In this document: in pieces, positions 39,196 through 51,051 of the stretch
Layout: each line of letters starts with the position of its first letter
How positions within the stretch are numbered: the first letter of the stretch is position 1
DNA from: Botryllus schlosseri
Taxonomy: Eukaryota
Direction of reading: 5' to 3'
NCBI GenBank assembly: GCA_051294905.1
Contig: CM119379.1
Location: 15,934,001 to 15,998,000 of the forward strand
DNA length: 64,000 bases
Notes under the pieces: model-generated
Databases searched by the model: none
The model's input: the letters and a program-made list of their open reading frames with translations, nothing else
What the model was told of the DNA's origin: nothing
Program-made: the position numbers and the translations under genes

Positions 39196-40149
39196 CGCAT
39201 TTCCATATCAATACTAGCATTTTCATCCCATGATGTGGACGAATGCTTCTGCTGTCGAAAATTTCATACCTCCTGGTATGCATCAATATGAATCAAGCTC
39301 GGCACCTTTCGCATAACTCAATTTGCACCTTTTGACAATCCATGCGAACGAATTACGATCGTTTTCACAACTACTTACTTACTTGAGTAGATTTGAAGTC
39401 AGTGAATTCTACTTCTACTTCAAATAGTTTTAGGAAGCTTATGTAAGAAGTACTTCTACTCGTACTTGAGTAGATTTTTTCGTCGCTACTTTTACACTTC
39501 TACTTGAGTAGCTTTCTTGACTACTTTGACCACCTCTGCCATTCACAGAGCGCCCGATAAAACGGAATATGATTTTCTCAGGCATTCATACCTTAGAGAC
39601 CGGTTATAAAGATCAGACTAAAAATCTCTATACTGTGGTTATCCACAAGTTTTGATGAAAACACGGTTTTTGTTGATGGCATAATTGTGCCGATCGTCGA
39701 TCTATTTGTATCCACAGGCCTGTCTGTCCTTCCCGTTTCAAACCGTAGACCTGATCCTATCGTTACAAAAACTTCCTATCACCTTTTCCATTCGTTTGGT
39801 AGTATCGGAGTTTACTTTCAACTACCAGGATCAAAAACGATCATAATTTGTATGCATTCGCCTATAATCAAAACGTTCGCATACCTCATCATCACGATTT
39901 ATTATTTTTTTTTATCATCAAATCTGCATTCCACCACAAGATTGCGATGTAATGAAAAGATAGGAGGGGGCCGAAATGACTTGGAGTATTCTTTTAATCA
40001 GACACCTAGCTGCTAGCTCGGCCTACAGCATGTAAATAGGAGGCATGTACATTGTACAGTTATACACTGTATTCAAGAAAGGATAACATAAGAGGAAGGG
40101 ACAAGAATGAATGCTGCATATGCCGGTGGGCGAGGTCGATATGTCAGGT

Positions 40150-40305
40150 TAGGTCCGATAATCAAGGTCGAACACCCTGTGTTGGCGTGTATTCATCTCA
40201 CTGGCAATTTATCTTCCATCTCCCCCTACTCTCTTCATCCGCTGGAAATCGTTACAAAGCATTGCGAGATGCACAATTTGGTGCAGCACAAAAATTATTT
40301 GCTGT
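40150..40305 (-). pseudogene. Decayed THAP zinc-finger coding fragment (THAP12/PRKRIR-type hAT transposase-like)
   Basis: Minus-frame NNFCAAPNCASRNAL*RFPADEESRGRWKINCQ*DEYTPT resembles the MPNFCAAPNC..FRFP..W..NC THAP signature; in-frame stops. Confidence 0.65.
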
Positions 40306-40631
40306 ATGGTAGTCCCGGTACATTTGAAATGAAAACAACGGGTAGACAACAAAATATTATTAACTGGCCTTGGTTTCGACGTAAAATATCCAAGCTGCTG
40401 TCCAGCATATATTCCATAAATATCACTGGTATTAATAACTCCGAAAACTACAGCCGCACGCATAGGTGCAAGTTTTTTTTTAATATTGCAGCAAACAATA
40501 CGTTCATGTTGCCAAATATATTCTACCCGAATCTTTTCGACTGGCTCTCTTCAGGAGCAAACGCCAGTGAATGAGGCTAACCTATAGCTCGAAATATAGA
40601 AATAATTTTGTCGTTGTGATGAAATGATGAG

Positions 40632-41049
40632 CAGAGATGAGCATGGATTAGGATTAGGTTTTGAAAAAACAGGATTTGTGAAATTTTCTCGGATTTGGAT
40701 TGGATTTGGATTATACATTTTTTTCAGAACGGATTAGGATTTGGATTGGATTTACCTATTTTCTGGGAGATTGAAATGTCGTGTGGCGAATGGCGACAGA
40801 CTTTATTCAGTTCAGTTATAAATGTACTTATCTTATCTTGAATCAAGTGAATCGTTGGTTGTGAAAGAAAATTTTCGAATCCTGCCATTGCGTAAATTAG
40901 TATTTCTTCTGAATTTCCAGTTGGAATCGGATTAGGATTGGACATGGACTTGAATATGAAAAAGTTATGGATTAGGATTTGGATTAGGATTTGAAGGTTC
41001 GGATTGGGATTGGATTAGGACATAGAAATTTCAAATCCGCTCATCTCTG
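40632..41049. mobile_element. MITE (GGATTAGG/GGATTTGG-motif family)
   Basis: 11-bp TIR CAGAGATGAGC / GCTCATCTCTG with arrays of ggattagg/ggatttgg. TSD not conserved. Confidence 0.75.
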
Positions 41050-42353
41050 CTATAGTACACAAAGTCGCGAACGGCAGTAAACAACGTACAGTTACGGTTA
41101 CAAGTCATATGGGGTACAGAACTTCAGAATAACGCAAAAAAATAACTTCGTATTGTTAATTTATTCGCTAAAAGCTTTTCGACTGAGTTTCATCAGTAGC
41201 GAACGTCAGTGATAGGGTGAATCAAATTAGATAGCTTACAATTGGACATGTATCTAAGGTTTCGGCCAACAAGCGGAAGTCCTTTGCAGCCAAGTTTTTT
41301 GATAACACACTTTGGGCAGTCGCATGTTGAACGAACCGTCATTTGCCTTGATGTGTCATGGGGCGGTAATGGCAGTGCTTCGTTCCGACCCCGCGCTCCT
41401 GTTTTGTTTTAATTCCCTCGTCCGACTTCGGTCCACCTCCTTGGCCGGATTCTTGAAATGACCATGATCCGGCTCGAAAACTCCGACCATAATCATCTAC
41501 TCACAGATTAGTATTGAATATTGATTGCAAAAATATGACCAGGAAATTAAAAATTCGACTATCAAAGGTTTATTGCCATGAACTGTTCAATGTAATTATT
41601 AATTCCAGGGTGGAAGAGGACAAGGCTGTCCTTTTCTTTGACGCAAAGTACTGATCCCGCTCAAATCCGGCTCCGGCCAAAACTTAGAAAATCCGAGCGG
41701 ATATCCAATCAGGCTCCGGTCCATGCCCCGTTCTACCCTAGACTAAATAAAGCCTATCAACCTGTGTATGCCAGGTAAGTCGGGTATGCAGTATAATTAT
41801 TGCGGGTGCACGGTATACCCACGACACTATTGGGCTAGTATCGGCACAAACCTTGCCTGGGAATTGTGTGCAAAAATGTATTAGCCATGCATTTCGATAA
41901 ACGTAAGCTACGCATGACGCATTTCATGTAGCCCAGGGCTCGGCAACCTTTCACATGCAACGTGCCAAAATGTCAAAAAATGTCAAAACATTACCAACTC
42001 GCGTGCCCGACGCATTCAATCTTGTCATATTTAGCGTTACAAGCAAGGAATCCCACCAACCGCTTAATTGCAGTTGGTATCGGTTACGCCAATTAATCTT
42101 AAGGTACTGGTCGCGACGGGTTAAAATTTTTTGTCGCTCCCGCATCTACATTACTATGATACACAATGTTCTTTCCGATTCTCTACTAGTTGCTAACTAT
42201 TACGATTGTACGTCCAAGAAGCTCTTATTCACGGTTGCCCGACATATGAGCATGCGACACAATGGAAAACGACAGTTCAGCATGGAACGCATCACCATGC
42301 GTCACTTCAGCATGTGACTGCAACCCAAAAACGTACCCTAACCCGAAACATAG

Positions 42354-42393
42354 CCTAACCTAACCTAACCTAACCTAGCCTAACCTAACCTAA
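42354..42393. repeat. (CCTAA)8 interstitial microsatellite
   Basis: Eight 5-bp units, one of them a CCTAG variant. Confidence 0.9.
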
Positions 42394-44188
42394 AGGATGT
42401 TAAAACGATCAATTATACGGTCTCTTGATGTAACACCGACATCGGCATATAGCAAAACATGCATGTATTCGATCAAGGTAGAGCTATAGATATATGGGAA
42501 ACGAGTGCATAATGCATTTGTATGTAACAATGCAACATACATAGCGAATCGTTCTCGTAATTGCCGGTGCTGATTTATAAGAAGATGATGTATCGCAATG
42601 CAACTTTCCTTACTGGTTTCTGTATTAGTTTGAATTGATATTTTATCATCAAAGCAATGCGACATTGCATAGGCCTATGCTCAGTTCGAAAATGTTCTAA
42701 TATTGATCAATGCGACTGAAGCAGCTTTGTCCGGATCATATGGATCATCGAGTACATATTTTATGCTATATAGGTTAGTTCTCCAGTGCCTTTTATCTTA
42801 CAGTGAAGGCGCTTACTTTCTGGAGAACAATCATCTAGTCCAGTGTTGCCGCTGAGTAATGCGCCGAGCTATACCAAATGGTGCTGTAGAGTAGTCGCAG
42901 AGTGTATCGCTCAGACGACCTATTACACTCGATACGAACAGAGCGCTATTCATTTTTAAATATGATTTCATTCATGACCAGATCGAATTTGACCAGCGAC
43001 CACGTTTGTGTTGAATTTGAGTAGTACTTGGTCATGGTAATAAATAAATGTGTTTCATTGTACAATGTACTATGTAGTACAATTGCGGGGCCGCAGCTCT
43101 GAGACACATGTGGAGTGGGTATTAATTGAATTGGTTGGACAAGTCATGGAACAGAACGCCTACTGCCCGATGATTTGGAAGCCAGTTCACCATATTCTTG
43201 GAGGGTGACACCATCAGGGACATCTAGAACTCAAGATTTAGATCTAATCTAGATATCTCTGGGTGGCACAGTCAAAATCAGTACCGCAAAGCAAGTGTTC
43301 TCAACGTTGGTTGCGTCTTCTCTTGGGGTCGCAGAGACAAAAATTAAAAACCAAATACTGTTACAAGAATGCCAATCAACCGGATGCTATCGGTGGCTCG
43401 TTTCTGAAAATTTTACTTCATTTTTCAAAACAGAAAAAACGACATTTGCGGAATGCGAACCCGGCGAACAAAGTATTATATCAGTCGAGGCGTCACTTTA
43501 TAGTGTCGGGTGCATGGAAACCAATAGGACGGGAATTTCTTCTTCCAAAAAACTACAGGTGATCGGTAGTGCTATTTGTTAACAGTATAGCCTAGATACT
43601 ATTATACAGATACATACCGCACGCACGCTCGGTGCGGCCGAATAACTTATCGGTCGTTATCAGAATTTCACGTAGTACTACATGACTACGTCGACTGGAC
43701 TGGACAGAAATCGTTCCAAAACGTTGCACACTCTTGTTAGACGTAGGTTTTACGAGTTAATAATTGCATAATTGCTATTACTGAGCGCAAAGTCGCCAGT
43801 TTCCCACGTGGCCGTGAGTAGGTTTTGGAGAAGGTGCTGACCATCTTTTACACTGTTAGAAAAATTCAGGCAAATTTACCAGTCTCAGACTGGGCAGCAG
43901 TTTTACCTGCTCTAGTAAACTTTGATACTGAATATTTCTGGTAAATTACGCTACTGGTAAATCCTGGTTTTCTTCATTACCAGAAGTCTGGTAAATTACG
44001 CCACTAGTAAACCCTGGTCCTCTTGATTACCAGAATTCTGGTAAATATGGTACTGAAATCACAGTCCATGCCACCTGAAGCATTTATTGGCTTTAGGTTT
44101 TCTGACGCTCTTCTCATCCTTCTGTGAATTAATCAAATGTTGCAGCTCAAAGCATTTATTTCCACGATTTTGAAATTTCAGTCAATGC

Positions 44189-44704
44189 TAGCGCGATTCG
44201 TTTTTGACACGCCAAAAAAAGTCGAAATTTTTGTCAAAATTGTGTAGTTATATGTCAAAAGAAGACAAAATTGTTTACAAAGTCAAAATTTTTTGCAACC
44301 TGCATTACGTTTGTATCGTAGATATTTGCACTGTTGGTAAACTTATCATTCGGCATTTTTCAGCTTCTGGCCTACGGTACTCTATAGACAATGAAGGAAA
44401 GTATCTTTCATTGAACTAAAACAAATTTTAATTATTTTACCATAATACGTGATGTAACTACTGGAATTCTTCATAGGGCCACATTTCGTACCATGTAAAA
44501 ATTTGTCAGTTATCGAGTCGAGGAAGTTTTTCAGGTCAAACTACTTTGTAAGGACAGACAGTTTTAACCAGGAATGAAAATCAGTAGTACAATTCTAACA
44601 TTATGTGGGAAAACACCTAATTCGCATACATCAGGTCAAAATGCAGTTTTTTAGAAGTCAAAAAATGTCAAATCTTCTGTTTTTAGGTAAAAAAAATCGC
44701 CCTA
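44189..44704. mobile_element. hAT MITE (GTCAAA family) nested in the EnSpm element
   Basis: Homologous to 5595-6454. Ends TAGCGCGATT / AATCGCCCTA, 6/8 TSD (gtcaatgc / gtcattgg). Confidence 0.8.
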
Positions 44705-47700
44705 GTCATTGGATTTCCGGAGTGCAGTCATCAGCTGCTTGACCTTGATGTGCACATTCTTTTTCTTCATCACACTCGACCGTGACCCGTCGTCAGATAT
44801 CTCAGCAAAGATCCTGTGATAAATGAAAAATATTTCTTATAAACATGTAACTACAAAACTACGTACGTGGTATTTCCCAAGATAAAACCAATGCGCCCCA
44901 GAGGACTCTATTTTATGTTGATATAATAATATGATTATGAACCCAACTTAAGGGAGGCTTCTTCACCCAGACCCCTGTCAGGACATACGTTTTCAACGCT
45001 ACTGATGAGTGGCGTTAGTGGGTGAGTTCCAATTGCCGCATTGCGCCAGGCATGAAAATATTCTATAATTCATGATTTAATCTGCCAATAATATCTGGAA
45101 TTGCTTATATAGTGCTGTGAAATTTTTATCTTCTCCCTGCCCAGATAATCAGATTTACAGGTATCGCTTAGTGCAGTGGTTCTTAACCTTTTTGTCTTTG
45201 CGGACCCCTTTTGGACCGTTCCGGACCCCACGAAGTTTTATTTCAAATTTAGCTCAACTATCGTGCAATCGTCATCTGTCTTGTGCAAATGATAACTGTA
45301 GGCTTAGTGATAAACGGCAACAAAATGACTTTTCTTGAAAATAAGATTATATACTATTCATCTAGAAATTGGGATTTCATCTCAGATGGCCATTTTGTTG
45401 ATGTGAGCTCTGGAGTTTTACTAGTAATGAAACCAAACGGATATGTGATTTTCCGAATTAAAAAAAAATACAAATTAGGTTACCAACTATTTTGAGGATT
45501 CGCGGACCCCCGGTTGAGAACCACTGGCTTGGTGAAATGTTGCCTTGGAAAATGTAGGACGCCTAAATATTAATTAAACATATTCGGGTGACCTGTTGGT
45601 ATCATGACTTAGTTAGATGCTGTTATTTTCTCGCTTCCCGACTTCTCTTCCAAAAGATATTGAAATCGCTTGAACGTAAACTAAAAGAGGAACACTATTT
45701 CAAATAATATTGCTTCACTGATACTGCTGCTTATATTGGTTTCACTCTCACTCAGCTTACCTTTGTATGAATTCCAGAGTAGCGATCAGCTCTTGTGGAT
45801 ACTCCATGTTAAACACATAGAATGAGACGAACAGATAAGCTAATGCGACGCAGAAGCTGTCGGTCGAAAATATTGCGCTTCTCTCCGCAGTTATCACGAA
45901 CTCTTTTGACTTGTAGAGGACTGGGCCTAAAAATAAACAGAAGTGATAGTGTAGTTAGTGCTGCTACTCAAGTATAGATGTAGAATTAATGTCTTATTTA
46001 GGGTTACCATATTTTCGTGGCCCATATTACGAACACTCTTTAGCGCCTACCAGCCGGTTCTCAAATGAGTTATGAAAACATATGACTTGTGAATGAATTA
46101 TGTTATTAATTTTCATACTTTCATTTTCACTATAAAACTTTTATCCTCCGTCAGCATAAGTGACCAAAGTTAGCGGTACAGATGGAGGTGATGACTTCAA
46201 TAATGCAGGGTCATGTCACGCAGAGAAGACTATTAATGAGCCTGAATGCATGCCCCCGTACCTCCCCCAGCGGGCTACGCCACTACTAGTAGTGATGACT
46301 CCGATCTAACGATGGCTGCACTCTGTAGAAATATCATGTAACAAAACATCGTTATCTCGATTCACGCAAAACAACATTTGTTTTCGGTTATTAGACAACT
46401 AATATTTTTTCAAATGTGTACTAGAACTAGATTGCTGTTTAGTACTTACCGACTACAATCAAAAAAGGATGATTTGGAACGTCTGGCACAGGATCTCCTG
46501 GGACAATATCCTAAAAACAGATTAGCATCATTGCCCAGAACACGTTTCATTCGAGTTCACCAAGCCTGATGGCAGACTTGGACAACTAGAAAATTTTCAC
46601 CTTTTCGATATTAGATCAGAATTGGAATTAGAGCTACACAATTTTTCCTATTAAAATAGAATTAGAGCTAAACATTTTTTCAAATCAAATTATAATTACC
46701 GAATTCACAAAAACTCAGAAATTGAATGAAATTGTGCATCAGAAAGAAATAAGCCTATAGCGACAATCAAGTACAGCTCATATCAAATCACAGTGCATTC
46801 CCTCAAGCTTGTTTTGCACTATACCTGGAGTAACCAACAAGCGGCCTGCGAAGGGAGAACGTGAATTCAATAATTTGAAACGCTGGAATTCATTTCGGTT
46901 TCAAATGTTGTTTTCAAAATGAAGCATTCGCCATTGCCCTACAACACTTTGACTGGTGAATAATCAGCAAAGTACATAGTGATAAGGGTAGCCTTGCATT
47001 ATCCTTACCATATGTTTGAATAATTTAGACGTTGGTTCTCCAAAGAATGCACAGAGCAGGTCGAGCATCCCAACAGAGGAACAATATTCTTTATAATCTT
47101 CCCATTCTGATAGAAGTGAAAATCTTGACATTATGTGCTTTACTTTCTCCGACTTCGATTCGTTGAAAGCCCTGCGAAGAGTAAGATTACCATGTATTTA
47201 AGATAATATCAAAGATGACAGGTATCTAGCTGGTAAAATTGACATCAAAAATTGCGGATATCGTGTGTTTATGAGATTACAGAAAACATTTGCTTACTTT
47301 AGAAGAAGCGGCCAAGATACATTCATCTTGCGAATGATGAACTCCTTTGCTTCATTTGTTCCAGTAAGAATGGAATAATGCTGAAACATGTATTCGGCTT
47401 CGAAGAGAAGAGGCCACTCCTTTCTGAGACTTGATATTGGGGCCTGGCCATTGATATTTTTTCTCTGTAATGGATATGTTGATCCCATTAAACTTTCAAC
47501 CTTTTCTTTGTCTCGAACCGCCTTTCTGCTTTCGTCGATCAGCCACTGCTGGTTCATTTCCATTTCATCAGTAACAGGGTCAGTAGGAGACCAATTGACG
47601 CAGCCATATTCTTTGACATCATGCCCTCTTCTTTTCTTACCACTGGGCTTGTCCATACTGTTTGATCCGTCTCGTAACTTTTTCTTTGCTTTACGCTCAT

Positions 47701-48355
47701 TAGTAATTCGGTAATCAAACTGATCTGTTAGTGTTTCATGACCATTTCCAACAATAGCTCCACACGTCTTATCCATGAACGAGTCTGGATATTTTTGAAC
47801 GACTTGATGAGCAATGAAATCCAACGCCTTTCTTTTAGGGTACAGAGTCACTTTCATTATTTCGTCACAAATAAGCCTAACCAACTCGCGGCGATCACGA
47901 TGACAAGCATTCCTCTTCTCCATGCAGCATTTGACCAATGTCTGCGACATGGCATGCCACGGCACTTCGAATGAATAATACCAAAATGAATCACAGCTTG
48001 ACCTGCCAGACCAGCACAGTGCATTACTTTCACTTGCGTCGCTGCAGGAAGAAGCATCATCACTTTTTGAATTGTTGAACTTGAGTGGGGTACCTGTCAA
48101 GTCACCGAGACTGGATGAGCTTAATGGACATCCGATATCAGCATCTACCGCTGTGGTGGATTTGTTCGCATATTTTTTAAATCCATCAATGAGGTACCGG
48201 ATACGTACGGGAGGCAATACACCGTCCAAATCGGCCTGCTCTAAAAATTGAGCTTCCTCTATGTTCCCAACTCCAACTTTATTAAGATGGGAAATGACTT
48301 CCTCATGTACATCAGCAGTTTGATCAGCTAGGATTTCCCGAACACAATTCTCCAT
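44702..48355 (-). pseudogene. EnSpm accessory gene: SAM-domain protein (SAMD3-like), spliced, penultimate exon damaged
   Basis: Exons 48355-47298, 47171-47009 and 46510-46450 join in frame (SAM-like N-terminus, PKRKALDFIAHQVVQKYP, PFLIVV). The next exon has stops and is split by an insert at about 45008-46285. Last exon 44813-44702 reads IFAEISDDG..VKQLMTALRKSND*. Confidence 0.7.
45174..45526. mobile_element. Charlie-like MITE nested in the EnSpm element
   Basis: TIR CAGTGGTTCTTAACC / GGTTGAGAACCACTG, 7/8 TSD (gcttagtg / gcttggtg). Confidence 0.85.
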
Positions 48356-48636
48356 TTCTAACTTGACTGTAAAAAGACCAAGTACACATGTTATACCAAA
48401 AATAAGACAATTTGAGTCAAATATCGAAAATCATTGCAAATCAAATTGCCAGAAGAGTAAATTACACAAAAGCAGACATGGACAACTAGAAAATTTTCAG
48501 TTTTTTCAAAATATGATTGAACTACATGACAATAGCAAATGGCTGTAAAGCAAACTTGGCTTGTTTCGCACTATACAGTTGCAGTTACAGGAAAACCAGA
48601 AATTATATTAAAATCAAAATTAAAGCACAAAATTAT

Positions 48637-51051
48637 TTATACATTATGCTTGAGCACTGTATACAGGGACAGTCCGATATGAAATCCATGCAAGGGATGG
48701 TAATCCAATAGCTGTGAAAATTCAATTCGTTGTGAAACAGTAGTTTTAGAAGGCCCGTGAATCTCGAAGCAGCCATATTGTGGGCAAAAGGTAGCTCGAC
48801 ACGGATCAACCACCAGGAATACCATATGTTCTAGATGTTGAACAAACATCCGAATTTTTCCGATATTCAAATTGAGACCATCACGGCTCAATACAACAAA
48901 ACAGTCAATCATGTATCGTGTCCCCCTATAATTAACCTCACGGAAAAGCCGGCATTGCTGAAACCCTCCTTGTTCAGACAGAATGGGCATAATCCACTCA
49001 GGACATGGATGTTCAAAATGCTTTTTATCACTCAATTCGGTTGCGAACAATGATGAGTTTGCAATTAGGTACGCCTGAAGGAGCTGGTGATTTTCACAAA
49101 GCGTCCTCGTGATATTAATAAAATTTTGACGAGATCTTACAACATTTTTGAAATAGGAATGTTTACCCTCAAAACGCAGGGTCCAAACGGAAATTAAATT
49201 TTTAAATTTTGTGAGTAGTAACGGATAATGGGTTAAATAATGATGTTTTGGAAGAAACGTCAAGCTACTGTCACACAACATACGCAGGCGAAAATATTCA
49301 TATATATGCTGGATTAGCATACCAATATTTCCATTTGTCACACATGGGGAGCAAACAATTTCGATTATCATGCGTAAAACTAAAATGGCTCTCCATGCTG
49401 ACTCTTCAAAGTCAAGAACCTTTTCCATGATATACAAAGGGAAAAATCGCATAAAACACCAATTCTGACTGGCATTACCCAACATTTTATGGCAATCTGG
49501 TCTGATTGGTATCGGACGAGATGACGAACTGTGACTGTCATACGGAAAGTTAATAATCTTCGAATTCAAATATTCAACGGTAAACCATCCTCGTTCCACC
49601 AAGCATTTTATAAAAACCATCATATCTTGTGATACAAACCCTTCAAAGAGGTCATGGCCCAGGCATGGCGGCAACCCAGGATTACAAACATGAAAATAGT
49701 TGAGTTCGTTGAAGGGAGAAGAGAATTTAATTCCCAAATAGTTATTCATCGCGGATAATTCACATTGCCTAACTGATTCATTATATGAGTCAATGGTTCG
49801 AAGTGAGCATTCAGCTTCAATGTCAGGCCAGTTCACTCTCGGTGTCTGGCAATATCTACAGGCAAACTGTCCCGTTGAAAAGTTAGTAATAAAACCACCG
49901 ATCCAGTGGCTCCCTAAGTTATCCCCAGCAACACATAATAAGGTGCCACGTACATTTTCCCCCAAACCAATATCAATACCCTCAGATTCAAGGAGTTTGA
50001 GATCTTTGATGAGCGGACTCAAAATTTGGGCCAAGTTGGAGTCTGAAATATATTTCTCTTTGCACATCATAACAAGTTGAATTTGATCTAGTTTAGAACG
50101 AGCGTACGCAGGAATGTTCGCAAGAGTGAAGTAGAAAGCCAGCATTTTGTGCTTTTTTCTGGCCGAACCAAGTGGATTTACTATTTCAAAGGCATCTTGA
50201 TATAAGATTAACTGGAGCGAAAATTTCTTAGAAAACAGGGGGTTTGATTTAAAAAGCTCGCCGTCTACAATATCACCGAACTCTGATTTAGTTGCATCTC
50301 CGTTCTGGAGTTGTTGTCTCATAAAATCAGTACGGCATAGCACTTCCAAAGTCTGTAATATTGGTACATAGTAGTAAGTTTTGCTTTGTTCCATTGTACT
50401 CTCGATCAAATACGAAACTGGTTCTACATAATATGGCGAACCTGAAATGTTATTTTTACGAGAATACTCTGAATCATTTGGAAAATGCTTGTTCAAAACT
50501 TCTTCACTTGCGCTACGTAGTTGTGAAATAAAGTGCTCAGTAGAAGTAAGTCCAGCATTTTCCTGCATAATGGCCGCTTTAACCTGTTTTTCAATCTCGT
50601 TACCATGGTATGTTATCAGCTTACGCAGCTCGACCATAATTTCCTGCACTGTTGATGAAGGTACAAGGTTTTTGTATTGCATCCGCATTGCAAACATAAG
50701 GCCTGGGTTACCAATCATAAGTTGCTCTTCCGGTTTGTCCGCGTCATCAGTAAAAATGTCATTCGGTGCCGTTACTGGATGCTGACCAGCAATTGCTGTC
50801 GTACTGCTGTTAGTTGACGCAGATACGGTACCATTATGGCTAGACTTCTGATGCAGTTCAGTAACGGTATGATATCGGCTCAGGTGACTGGAAAATGACG
50901 AAACGACTTCATATCTTTTGGAACAGTTTGAAAATGGACACTTAACCATTAATCCATCTCGAATATGCCTTTTTAGGTGAGTGCAGATAGATGATGCGGA
51001 CGAGAACTCCGCACCGCACATGACCACAGAACACCTCAATTGAACGGTCAT
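48637..51051 (-). CDS. EnSpm/CACTA transposase, uninterrupted ORF, 804 aa from the likely ATG at 51051 (ORF open to 51141)
   Basis: Two C2H2-like fingers (CSVVMC..H..H, CPFSNC..H..H), LYQDAFEIVNPLG, AGDNLGSHWIGGF, ACRYC, GHDLFEG and WTLRFEGKH, which are the DDE and CxxC/H motifs typical of animal EnSpm transposases. Confidence 0.9.
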   Translation of the reverse strand: MTVQLRCSVVMCGAEFSSASSICTHLKRHIRDGLMVKCPFSNCSKRYEVVSSFSSHLSRYHTVTELHQKSSHNGTVSASTNSSTTAIAGQHPVTAPNDIFTDDADKPEEQLMIGNPGLMFAMRMQYKNLVPSSTVQEIMVELRKLITYHGNEIEKQVKAAIMQENAGLTSTEHFISQLRSASEEVLNKHFPNDSEYSRKNNISGSPYYVEPVSYLIESTMEQSKTYYYVPILQTLEVLCRTDFMRQQLQNGDATKSEFGDIVDGELFKSNPLFSKKFSLQLILYQDAFEIVNPLGSARKKHKMLAFYFTLANIPAYARSKLDQIQLVMMCKEKYISDSNLAQILSPLIKDLKLLESEGIDIGLGENVRGTLLCVAGDNLGSHWIGGFITNFSTGQFACRYCQTPRVNWPDIEAECSLRTIDSYNESVRQCELSAMNNYLGIKFSSPFNELNYFHVCNPGLPPCLGHDLFEGFVSQDMMVFIKCLVERGWFTVEYLNSKIINFPYDSHSSSSRPIPIRPDCHKMLGNASQNWCFMRFFPLYIMEKVLDFEESAWRAILVLRMIIEIVCSPCVTNGNIGMLIQHIYEYFRLRMLCDSSLTFLPKHHYLTHYPLLLTKFKNLISVWTLRFEGKHSYFKNVVRSRQNFINITRTLCENHQLLQAYLIANSSLFATELSDKKHFEHPCPEWIMPILSEQGGFQQCRLFREVNYRGTRYMIDCFVVLSRDGLNLNIGKIRMFVQHLEHMVFLVVDPCRATFCPQYGCFEIHGPSKTTVSQRIEFSQLLDYHPLHGFHIGLSLYTVLKHNV

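Larger units (their letters stand above)
35760..39538. mobile_element. Host copy of a CAGAGGTGGTC-terminus (AAGTAG-motif) hAT MITE, left end missing, interrupted by two copies of itself
   Basis: Segments 35760-36055, 37337-37713 and 39196-39538 join into a sequence colinear with 37998-39195. The right TIR GACCACCTCTG ends at 39538. Confidence 0.85.

Noticed and set aside
40107-40574. 155-aa plus-strand ORF
   Set aside because: No domain recognised; the meaningful signal is the THAP relic on the opposite strand.
42354-42393. Telomere or chromosome-fusion site
   Set aside because: Only 40 bp, in a single orientation, with no head-to-head junction.
47388-50785. Plus-strand ORFs inside the EnSpm element
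   Set aside because: Antisense shadows of the transposase and SAM genes.
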